This document shows positions 9,029 through 16,677 of a DNA stretch of 41,686 nucleotides, piece after piece. Under the pieces are notes generated by a model that had not been told where the DNA came from, did no database searches, and saw nothing but the letters and a program-made list of their open reading frames with translations. Both the position numbers and the translations under genes were made by a program. The stretch is from Candidatus Limnocylindria bacterium (lineage in GTDB: Bacteria > Chloroflexota > Limnocylindria > QHBO01), in NCBI GenBank assembly GCA_038328565.1, contig JBBQMC010000002.1:1-41686 (forward strand). The letters are read 5' to 3'. The first letter of the stretch is position 1. Each line of letters starts with the position of its first letter.

Positions 9029-9925
9029 ATGCGCCTGCTCGTGATCACCGCACGCTATCCCACGCCCGACCGGCCGGCCGCCGGCGCATTCGTCCGCGAT
9101 CGCCTCGTCGGCGTGAACGCCACCGTGGTTGCCCCGCAGCGCTACGACATCCCCGGCTGGCGGCGGTACCTGGCGATCATGTGGCGCGCGTGCACCCGGC
9201 GCGGGCCGTTCGACGGGGTCGAGGCGCACTTCGCGCTGCCCACCGGCGTGATCGGGCTGCTCGCCGCCGGCCTGCGCCGGAGGCCGCTCGTCGTCTACGC
9301 GCATGGATTCGACCTCCGCGTGGTGGCGCACCGCAACCCGCTGTTCCACCTGCTTGCGCAACGCGTCGTGCGGTCGGCGGCCGCGGTGGTGACCAACTCG
9401 GCCGACATGGCGACCCTCGTCGCCGACCTCGGGGCGACGGCGGAGGTCATCCCTCCCGGGATCGACCTGGAGCGGTTCCGGCCCTCGCCCCGACCGGCCG
9501 AACGCCGCGTCCTCTATCTCGGTGGCAGCGTCGAGCACAAGGGCATCGCCGTCGCGCGTCAATTCGCGGACACCATGGTCGGGCCGGGACTGCGGGAGGT
9601 GGATCCCACCCTCATCCCTGGGCTCCTTGCCGAGCACGACGTGCTGCTGGTTCCGTCGCTCGCCGAGCCGCACGGGCTCGTGGCCGCGGAGGCCATCGCC
9701 GCTGGCCGCTGGGTGGTGGCGCGTGCCGTCGGCGGCCTGAACGACATCGTGACCGATGGCGTGAACGGGACGCTCGTGCGCGATGGGGACTTCGGCCGAG
9801 CCCTCGCCGCCGTGCCCGACTACGACCCGGTGGCTGTCTCTGCCACCGCGTCGCGCTTCAGCGTGGAGATCCACCGCGCCCGAATGGGCGAGCTCTGGGA
9901 GCGCGTGCTGTCGACCGAGCGCTAG
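9029..9925 (+). CDS. Compact GT-B glycosyltransferase (GT4/GT1-family), 298 aa
   Basis: [22 protein letters not shown]..., and the C-terminal EX7E-type motif [46 protein letters not shown]3 is high throughout. The stop overlaps the convergent CWB2 gene stop (CTAG). Confidence 0.8.
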   Translation: MRLLVITARYPTPDRPAAGAFVRDRLVGVNATVVAPQRYDIPGWRRYLAIMWRACTRRGPFDGVEAHFALPTGVIGLLAAGLRRRPLVVYAHGFDLRVVAHRNPLFHLLAQRVVRSAAAVVTNSADMATLVADLGATAEVIPPGIDLERFRPSPRPAERRVLYLGGSVEHKGIAVARQFADTMVGPGLREVDPTLIPGLLAEHDVLLVPSLAEPHGLVAAEAIAAGRWVVARAVGGLNDIVTDGVNGTLVRDGDFGRALAAVPDYDPVAVSATASRFSVEIHRARMGELWERVLSTER

Positions 9926-11322
9926 GGCAGGAGTGCCTGGATCTGCTCCACCACGGCGTCCGAGATGACGCTGGTGCCGCCGAGGATGATGACCTCGTTC
10001 GGCCCGAGCCGGCTGAGCTCGGCCCCCACGCTCGAGGGCAATTCGCCGGGCGCCACGAGGAGGACCGGGCCCGGCACGAGCGCCGCGACGGGGCCACTGG
10101 CGAGGCCATCGGGGAAGGCGAATCCGGTCGCCACGAAGGCGGTGTCCGATCCGGTTCCATACGCGAACCTGCTGACCGCGACCGATGTCGAGAACCGATC
10201 GGCGCCGGCCAGGCGCTGGACACCGCCGGAGGCCGCGTACGACCGAAGGCCGGCGAGGACCGCATCGTCGAGCGCGCTCGCGCCGCCGAGCACCAGGATC
10301 CGCGCCGGTGCGAGGCGCGCCAGTTCGGCGGCGGTCGCCGACGGCACACCGGTCCGCGTCGCCAGGAGGACCGGCCCGCCGTCGCGGCCGGCCACCGCAC
10401 CTCCCGCGAGGGCATCCGGGAACGTCTCGCCGGTCGCCACGTACGCGACCGCCACGCCCGGCGCATAGGTCGCGGCGCTGATGGCGGCGGCGGTGGCGTA
10501 GCGGTCCGCCCCGGCGATGCGCTCGACCGGCGCGATGCCGTCGAGCGCGGCCGCAACCGCACCGGAGATGACGCCCGGACCGCCGAGCACGACGATGCGG
10601 CCGGGTCGCAGTCGGGTGAGCTCTTCCTGCGTCGCGGCGGGCAGCGTGTCGCGGGCGGTCAGCAGGACCGGGCCCGCGTCATGGGCCGCGGCCGCCGCGC
10701 CGGCGAGCGCATCGGGGAAGCTGGCCCCGGTGGCGATGTACGCCACCGCCACCCCCGGCCCGAAGCGGGCGCGGCTGATGGCAGCGGCCGTCGCATAGCG
10801 GTCCGTGCCGGCGATGCGGCTCACCACGGTCGTGCGGGTCGGTGCGGCGCAGAGCTTCACGAACACCATCGCCGAGTAGGCGGTGCCGCTGCTGGAGCGG
10901 GCGTGGCTGCCGCCGGACGCGTTGTAGTCACCCACGATGATCGCGTGGTGCCCCGGCGACGCCCACCACTGCTCCATCGTCCGAGCCGGGTCGTAGGTCG
11001 GATAGCCGCGCTCGGAGGCGATGATCTCGCCGTAGCCGGAGAAGCACGTGCCGGCCGCGTGGAGCTGGTTCGCGACATACGTCATGTCGTGGGCGAGCAC
11101 GTCGTTGGCGGCCATCTGGCGCGCGCGATCGTCACTGATTCGCTCGAGCAGCGCGCCGTAGGCCACCGGTGCGCGGCCCTCGAGGGCTCGCTTCTGGTTG
11201 GCGAGGCTCACGAGGGCCCGGCCGTCGACCGCGCCGGTGACCGAGGCGCCGGCCTGGACCATCCCCAGCGCGAGCACGATGGCGAGCGGTGGAACGGTGA
11301 ACCGATGTGGACGCGGGAACAT
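9922..11322 (-). CDS. Secreted CAP/SCP (PR-1 / YkwD-like) domain protein with 3 C-terminal CWB2 modules
   Basis: The signal peptide is MFPRPHRFTVPPLAIVLALGMVQAGA. The CAP block is LANQKRALEGRAPV...ARQMAANDVLAHD...GEIIA...MEQWWASPGHHAIIVGDY. Three CWB2 modules follow. Confidence 0.8.
   Translation of the reverse strand: MFPRPHRFTVPPLAIVLALGMVQAGASVTGAVDGRALVSLANQKRALEGRAPVAYGALLERISDDRARQMAANDVLAHDMTYVANQLHAAGTCFSGYGEIIASERGYPTYDPARTMEQWWASPGHHAIIVGDYNASGGSHARSSSGTAYSAMVFVKLCAAPTRTTVVSRIAGTDRYATAAAISRARFGPGVAVAYIATGASFPDALAGAAAAAHDAGPVLLTARDTLPAATQEELTRLRPGRIVVLGGPGVISGAVAAALDGIAPVERIAGADRYATAAAISAATYAPGVAVAYVATGETFPDALAGGAVAGRDGGPVLLATRTGVPSATAAELARLAPARILVLGGASALDDAVLAGLRSYAASGGVQRLAGADRFSTSVAVSRFAYGTGSDTAFVATGFAFPDGLASGPVAALVPGPVLLVAPGELPSSVGAELSRLGPNEVIILGGTSVISDAVVEQIQALLP
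9925..10818 (-). repeat. Three tandem CWB2 coding modules (99, 102 and 97 aa)
   Basis: The modules begin RIAGTDRYATAAAIS, RIAGADRYATAAAIS and RLAGADRFSTSVAVS, with the same downstream consensus as in the other three proteins. Confidence 0.8.
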
Positions 11323-11428
11323 GTGGTGGTCGGTGCTCCGGTGCGATGAGCCATGAGGGGCTCAGGCAGACGCTACCGAGCGTCGACGCGCGCCAACATG
11401 GCCCGATCCTCCTTCGGCGCTGCGCCCA

Positions 11429-13711
11429 TCAGTCCCAGAGCGCGCGGAGCTGGGCGGCGATCGCGGCGCTGATCGAGGCCGTCCCCCCGAGGATGACGAC
11501 GCGCGCCGGATTGAGGCGCTGGAGCTCGGCGAGGACGTCGGGCGGGATCGCCGTCGTGGTGGTGAGCAGCAGCGGGCCGTCGTCGCGGACCGCCGGCGGC
11601 GAGCCGGAGAGGCCGTCCGGGAACGCCTGGCCGGTGGCGAGGTAGACGACGCGCGGACCCGGCGCGGTCGTGGCGCGAGAGACGGCCACCGAGGTGGCGT
11701 ATCGATTCGCCCCGGAGAGCCGCGTCACCGTGCCCGACGAGGCGTATGCGACGAGCGCGCCCGCCACCGATGGACTGACCGCGACCGGTCCGCCCAGGAC
11801 GACGATCTCCGCCGGCTGGAGGCGGGCAAGCTCGGCGGCCGTGGCATCCGGCACCTGATCGGCGGCGGTGAGGAGGATCGGCCCGCCCGCGCGTCCCGCG
11901 GCGACGCCGCCGGAGAGCGCATCCGCGAAGCTCGTCCCGGAAGCGACATAGGCGACGGAGGCGCCGCCGGGGAAGGCATCCGCGCTCACCGCGGCGGCCG
12001 TCGCGTAGCGATCGCTGCCGCCGAGCCGGGTGACGACCCCGCCCTTCGCATACACCCCGAGCGAGGCCATGAGGGAGTCGGCGATCACCGACGGGCCGCC
12101 GAGGACGACGATGCGCTCCGGCTTGAGGCGAAGGAGCTCGCCGACGGTCGCATCGGGAAGCAGGGTCCGCTTCGCGAGCAGCACCGGGCCGCCCTGACGG
12201 CCGGCCGCAGGACCGGCGGCGAGGGCATCCGCGAAGTCGGCACCGGTGGCCACGTAGGCGACCGCGACGCCCGTCCCGTAGGCACCCGAGCTCACCGCAG
12301 CCGCCGTCCCGTAGCGGTCCGGTCCCGAGGCGCGCCCGACGCGCTCGAGCAGGTGCGACTCGATGACGTTCCACAGGTCGCTGGTGCCGGTATCCATGCC
12401 GAGCGCCCAGATGCCGGTGCCCGCGAGCCCGTTGCGCACGACGAGGTCGTACTTCATGCCGATCGAGGTCGGGTCGTCGTAGTACAGCTGCCGCCAGCCG
12501 CCGTCACTGGCGCGGTAGATGGTGTACGGACCCTGTCCGACCGCATCCCAGTGGCGGCCGTTCGTCGCCGCCAGCGATCGGGCGTAGTTGCCCGCCACGT
12601 CGGTGCGGAAGTAGGCGAACGCGGAGGAGCTGGCCGGGCTGCGGACCGGCGAGTTGACCTGATCGGTGCTCGTGTTCCAGGCGCGCCCGTAGTACGGCAC
12701 GCCCCAGATCAGGCGGCTCGGCGGAACGACCGCCATGTGGTCGCGCAGCGCGTCGCCGGCGGCGTAGATCGTGGCGCTGCCGTACGGCGCCACCCCGCCG
12801 GCCCGCGCCGAGCCGGCGTACGAGAAGTCGTACGCCATGACCATGATCGCGTCTGCCGCGCCGGCCGCGGTGAGTGCCGCGACGTCGTAGCCGGTGGACC
12901 AGGCGGCCGCGCCCGCCATGGTGTCCACCGTCAGGTATGAACCGACCCTGGCGCTCACGAGCGCGGCCTTCAGCTGACGGGTGAACGAGGTGAACTGGGC
13001 GCGCAGACTGGACGGCACAGGCTCGAAGTCGACGTTGACGCCATCCGCGTGGCGATCGCGGACCATCGCGACCACGCCGTTCACGAGGTTCGCGCGGTTG
13101 GCGGCCGAGTTGAGCAGGCCGGTCATCGCGGTGTAGTCGTAATTCCACGCCTGCATCGTGATCGTGGGCACCACGCGCACCCCACGCTGGTGGGCCGCGT
13201 TCATCAGGCTCGTCATCGTCGGCGAGGCCCAGCCCGCCCACCCCACGGTGGCCGCTCCCCCGGTCGTCGTCTTCTGGAGCGATCCGTTCTGCGAGACGCC
13301 GATGCTGAAGTAGGCGATCGTCGACAGGAGGTCGAGGCGCAGGCGCGAGACGACGGCCAGGTCGAGGTCCCAGTACGGCAGGAAGCCGAGCACCTCGTGC
13401 CCGAGCCCGTTCGGCAACGCGCCGCCCGGCCCGCTGATCGCGGCGGTCCCGCCGACGAGTGGATCGACGCTCCCGAGGCTCGCCTTGGCAGCCGAGCCTA
13501 CGGCGGCGGTCGTCCCGCCGCCGTGCGCGGCCAGCATCTCCGACTGGGCAGACGGCGCGACGAGGCCTGCCGGCATGGGCGGCAGGACCGATCCGTCGGC
13601 CAGCGTCACCGCGCCGCCGAGCGGCGACGGGTCCGCGGCGCCGGCGCTGCCGGGCAGCGCGAGGCTGGCAAGGAGGACGATGCCGACGACGGCGTGCCAG
13701 GTGCGCTTCAT
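11429..13711 (-). CDS. Secreted glycoside hydrolase family 18 protein (YaaH/CFLE spore-hydrolase-like subgroup) with 3 C-terminal CWB2 modules
   Basis: The signal peptide is MKRTWHAVVGIVLLASLALPGSAGA. GH18 blocks are VLGFLPYWD, the catalytic motif DGVNVDFE (13022-13045) and MVMAYDF. Three CWB2 modules follow. Confidence 0.85.
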   Translation of the reverse strand: MKRTWHAVVGIVLLASLALPGSAGAADPSPLGGAVTLADGSVLPPMPAGLVAPSAQSEMLAAHGGGTTAAVGSAAKASLGSVDPLVGGTAAISGPGGALPNGLGHEVLGFLPYWDLDLAVVSRLRLDLLSTIAYFSIGVSQNGSLQKTTTGGAATVGWAGWASPTMTSLMNAAHQRGVRVVPTITMQAWNYDYTAMTGLLNSAANRANLVNGVVAMVRDRHADGVNVDFEPVPSSLRAQFTSFTRQLKAALVSARVGSYLTVDTMAGAAAWSTGYDVAALTAAGAADAIMVMAYDFSYAGSARAGGVAPYGSATIYAAGDALRDHMAVVPPSRLIWGVPYYGRAWNTSTDQVNSPVRSPASSSAFAYFRTDVAGNYARSLAATNGRHWDAVGQGPYTIYRASDGGWRQLYYDDPTSIGMKYDLVVRNGLAGTGIWALGMDTGTSDLWNVIESHLLERVGRASGPDRYGTAAAVSSGAYGTGVAVAYVATGADFADALAAGPAAGRQGGPVLLAKRTLLPDATVGELLRLKPERIVVLGGPSVIADSLMASLGVYAKGGVVTRLGGSDRYATAAAVSADAFPGGASVAYVASGTSFADALSGGVAAGRAGGPILLTAADQVPDATAAELARLQPAEIVVLGGPVAVSPSVAGALVAYASSGTVTRLSGANRYATSVAVSRATTAPGPRVVYLATGQAFPDGLSGSPPAVRDDGPLLLTTTTAIPPDVLAELQRLNPARVVILGGTASISAAIAAQLRALWD
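11432..12334 (-). repeat. Three tandem CWB2 coding modules (102, 102 and 97 aa)
   Basis: The modules begin RASGPDRYGTAAAVS, RLGGSDRYATAAAVS and RLSGANRYATSVAVS. Confidence 0.8.
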
Positions 13712-13736
13712 GGGTCGCGGGACTCCAGCTGGATGT

Positions 13737-13759
13737 GGACGGCCCGCACGCGGGCGTCC
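13737..13759 (-). terminator. GC-rich hairpin between two CWB2 genes (candidate U-tract-less terminator or 5'-UTR structure)
   Basis: ggacggcccgcacgcgggcgtcc forms a 9-bp G/C stem with one bulged G and a 4-nt loop. It lies about 70 nt after the stop at 13830 and about 26 nt upstream of the GH18 start. No U-tract follows it. Confidence 0.3.
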
Positions 13760-13829
13760 GGGAACTGCACCGAACCGTACCGATCCGAACCGAGCGGCGA
13801 CATGGTACGAACTGCCCAGCCGCCCGCTG

Positions 13830-15629
13830 TCAGTCGCCGAGGATCACGCGCAGCTGCGAGATCGCCGCGTCGGCGACGACGCTCGTGCCGCCCAGCACGA
13901 CGACGTGGGCCGGACCGAGGCGCTGGAGCTCGCGTGCGGCGGCGAGCGGGATCGAGCCGTTCGACACGAGCAGCAGCGGGCCGCCGACGATCGCTGCCAC
14001 CGGTCCGCCGCCGAGCGCGTCGGGGAAATTCGCACCGGTGGCGAGATAGACGGTCGAGGCGGTCGCGAACATGCCGGCCGACACCGCCGCCGCGGTCTCG
14101 TAGCGGCTCGCGCCGGCGAGGCGGGTGACGGGGGCGTAGCCCGCCAGCTCGGTCGCCGTGGCGGACGGGACGACCGATGTCGAGCCGAGGATGATGATGC
14201 GCCCCGGTGCGAGGCGGGTGAGCTCCGTCCGGATCGCGTCCGGCAGGCCATCCGGGCCGACGAGGAGCACCGGCCCCTCGGCCACGCCCGAGGCCGGGAC
14301 GCCGGCGAGTGCGTCGGGGAAGTTCCCGCCGGTCGCGATGTAGGCGGCCGCGACCCGCGGCGCGAAGGTGGCGGCGCTCACGAGGGCGGCGCTCTCGTAG
14401 CGGCTCGCCCCGGCGATGCGTGTCACCTCGCCGCTGGTGGCGTATGCCGCGAGGTCGGCCACCACCGCGTCCGGGATGACGCCGCTCCCGCCGACGACGA
14501 CGATGCGGGCCGGTTGCAGCCGTTCGAGCTCGGTCGCCGTTTCCGGCGGCACCGACGAGGTCCCGACGAGGAGGACAGGGCCGCCGTCGTGAGCGGCGGC
14601 AGCACCCGCGGCGAGCGCGTCCGGGAAGTTGCCGCCGGTCGCGACATAGGCCACGGGGACGCCGGCCGCGAAGCTGGCGGCCGACACGGCCGCTGCGGTC
14701 CCGTAGCGATTCGTCCCGGCGAAGCGAGCGACGGCGGTGGGGGTCGGGCTGACGACCGCGCCGGACAGGGTGCGGTGCGGGTCACCCGCGAACGCATACC
14801 AGTAATCGGTGCCCAGCCACTGGTTCGTGGTTCGCTGGATCCACACCTGGCGGCCCGCCAGGTCCGGGTGCGGCGTGGACCGGATGGCGCCCGGGTCGAA
14901 TCCCCGGCCGGCGCGGAACGCATCACCGAAGGAGAGGCCTGGATTGGCAAGCAGGCGGCTGACGAGGTCGGCCTCGTCGCCGTAGTCGGTCGCGAAGAAG
15001 GCTCCGCCGCCAAGCTTGAGTGGCGGGTACGCGAAGTTGGCGGCCCGCGCTCGGGCGACGCTCTCCGCCGGCGCCGGCCGCGCCTCCCCGGCGCCCGGCG
15101 TGTAGCAGGCATGGGCGTAGATCATCACGAAGCCGGGGGCCGGCGCGATGCCGTCGTTCGCGGTGCCGCCGCAGTAGGTCAGCCGCGTGGCGTCGTCCGA
15201 GGCGGTGAGCGTCCCGAGCAGGGCCCGCTCGCCGCAGTACGCCATGTTCGTCTCGCTGTCGCCGCCGGTCGTGGTCCTGTTGAGCCCCCAGCCGTTCACG
15301 CGATCGGTGTTCTCGGTCGCGCTGTACGGATTGGGGAAGCCGTTGCCGTGGCCCATCCAGACGATGATGTTCGCGCCGCTCACGGCGGCCTTCACCTTCG
15401 CCCAGGTGGCGTTGGGTGAGTAGACCTTCACGACCGTCGCGCCGCGTGCGGCTGCGGCGGTGGCGACGTCATCGGCCGAGTTGCGATAGCTGGTGGTCTG
15501 CGCGCCGGTGGGACCCACGATGATCACCACCTTGTAGCCGGCGGCGGTCGCGGCGCCGGGAAGCAGCGCCAGGAAGGCGCTGACGGCGACGAGGACCGCG
15601 ACGGTCGAATGGCGAAGGCGGTCTCGCAA
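13830..15629 (-). CDS. Secreted protein: unassigned ~260-aa N-terminal domain with a clan-CD (caspase/gingipain-fold)-like His/Cys pattern, plus 3 C-terminal CWB2 modules
   Basis: The preferred start is TTG at 15627-15629, six nt downstream of GGGAG, giving MRDRLRHSTVAVLVAVSAFLALLPGAATAAG (signal peptide). The track ORF starts at ATG 15731. The head domain contains KVVIIVGP, GANIIVWMGHGNG and GFVMIYAHACYTPG. Confidence 0.7.
   Translation of the reverse strand: MRDRLRHSTVAVLVAVSAFLALLPGAATAAGYKVVIIVGPTGAQTTSYRNSADDVATAAAARGATVVKVYSPNATWAKVKAAVSGANIIVWMGHGNGFPNPYSATENTDRVNGWGLNRTTTGGDSETNMAYCGERALLGTLTASDDATRLTYCGGTANDGIAPAPGFVMIYAHACYTPGAGEARPAPAESVARARAANFAYPPLKLGGGAFFATDYGDEADLVSRLLANPGLSFGDAFRAGRGFDPGAIRSTPHPDLAGRQVWIQRTTNQWLGTDYWYAFAGDPHRTLSGAVVSPTPTAVARFAGTNRYGTAAAVSAASFAAGVPVAYVATGGNFPDALAAGAAAAHDGGPVLLVGTSSVPPETATELERLQPARIVVVGGSGVIPDAVVADLAAYATSGEVTRIAGASRYESAALVSAATFAPRVAAAYIATGGNFPDALAGVPASGVAEGPVLLVGPDGLPDAIRTELTRLAPGRIIILGSTSVVPSATATELAGYAPVTRLAGASRYETAAAVSAGMFATASTVYLATGANFPDALGGGPVAAIVGGPLLLVSNGSIPLAAARELQRLGPAHVVVLGGTSVVADAAISQLRVILGD
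13833..14726 (-). repeat. Three tandem CWB2 coding modules (102, 99 and 97 aa)
   Basis: The modules begin RFAGTNRYGTAAAVS, RIAGASRYESAALVS and RLAGASRYETAAAVS. Confidence 0.8.
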
Positions 15630-15799
15630 TGGGAGCTCCCGGGTGGGCGGCGGGTGGTTGGACGACGCGCGCTCAGGTGCCGCGGGCGGCGTCGAGATCC
15701 CACCGTAGGCGGGGCATGGGCCATCCGCCATGGCCCAGTGGTCCGCGCGAGCGAGCGACCGATGGGGCTATGTGCGGCGACGCAACCCCCGTCGCGCGC

Positions 15800-16660
15800 T
15801 CAGTCCTGGGTGTAGCTGAGTACGACGAGGAGTCGATCCAGGTGCCGGAAATCGAGAGCGGGGGTGACGAATGCCGTCTGCGTCAGCCCTTCGCCGGGGT
15901 CGGTCTCGACCGCCTGCACGGTACCGATCAGGAGGCCGCGCGGATAGCGGCTCCGGACCTCGCCCTTGCCGGCGAGGCCGGCGCTGATCACCGCGTCGCC
16001 GCCCTTGACCGCATCGGTCACGCGCACGTCGACCATGAGGAGGTCGCCGCCGAGCCGGCCCTGGACGAGGCCGAGGGCGCGGGTCGCCTGGTCGAGCGCA
16101 ATGACGCTCGAGCGCGTGTCGATGACATAGCGCACCTGCGCGGTGTCGGCGGTGACGCTCACCACCGTGCCGGCGAGCGCGCCGGCGCCGTCAGCACTGC
16201 CGACGACCGCCATCCCGACCTCGAGGCCGTCATCGGCGCCCGCATCGACGCCGACCTCCCAGCTGAAGTTCGACGGGTCAACGGACAGGACGCGCACCGG
16301 CAGCAGCTGCATGGCGAGACTCTCGCGCAGGCCGAGCAGCTGCCGCAGCTCGGCGTTCTCGCGGGCGGCCTCGGTCAGCTCGGTGACCCGCTCCTGCATG
16401 CCCGACGCGAGGCCGCGCAGCCCATCGTTCTCGGCGCGAAGGCGCTCGATCTCGCCGAGGGTGCCGAAGACGCCCACGATGCCGTCGCCGATGCCGGTCA
16501 CCGCGTGGCGCACCGGATCCAGCGCCCGGGCACCGACCTCCTGGATCGCCCGCGCCGGCGGCGTCCGCGAGGCGAGCAGCAGGACGAGCGAGATGATCAT
16601 GAATGCCGCATAGAGGCGGCCGACGCGCGAGCCGCGCCGAGGAGGTCCGCCGATCATCAT
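15800..16660 (-). CDS. mreC: Rod shape-determining protein MreC
   Basis: It has an N-terminal TM segment (LYAAFMIISLVLLLA) and a coiled-coil (LRAENDGL...ELTEAARENAELRQLLGL). The C-terminal beta domains include G.AVV.....G.VV.V....A.V..I.D and YPRGLLIGTV. The start is 17 nt downstream of mreB. Confidence 0.85.
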   Translation of the reverse strand: MMIGGPPRRGSRVGRLYAAFMIISLVLLLASRTPPARAIQEVGARALDPVRHAVTGIGDGIVGVFGTLGEIERLRAENDGLRGLASGMQERVTELTEAARENAELRQLLGLRESLAMQLLPVRVLSVDPSNFSWEVGVDAGADDGLEVGMAVVGSADGAGALAGTVVSVTADTAQVRYVIDTRSSVIALDQATRALGLVQGRLGGDLLMVDVRVTDAVKGGDAVISAGLAGKGEVRSRYPRGLLIGTVQAVETDPGEGLTQTAFVTPALDFRHLDRLLVVLSYTQD

Positions 16661-16677
16661 CGGCCCGGTGCGCGCGC

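Noticed and set aside
8182-11349. 1055-aa plus-strand ORF, and similar long ORFs (e.g. 6536-8458 +, 23198-25198 +, 26291-28123 +, 28120-30069 +, 30243-31589 -, 17831-18943 -)
   Set aside because: These are Arg/Gly/Ala/Asp-rich low-complexity translations lying antisense or out of frame to genes with clear family motifs. Such shadow ORFs are expected when stop codons are rare in very GC-rich DNA.
11380-11389. 10-bp perfect palindrome GCGTCGACGC upstream of the CAP-CWB2 gene
   Set aside because: It is short and made of G/C-rich dinucleotides, which are common in this composition. I saw no second copy or partner site. Evidence for an operator is insufficient.
15777-15795. Hairpin right after the mreC stop as an intrinsic terminator (also a 7-bp hairpin at 15718-15736 and a 6-bp hairpin at 32329-32343)
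   Set aside because: The stems are only 6-7 bp with no U-tract. This is too weak to call without transcript 3'-end data.
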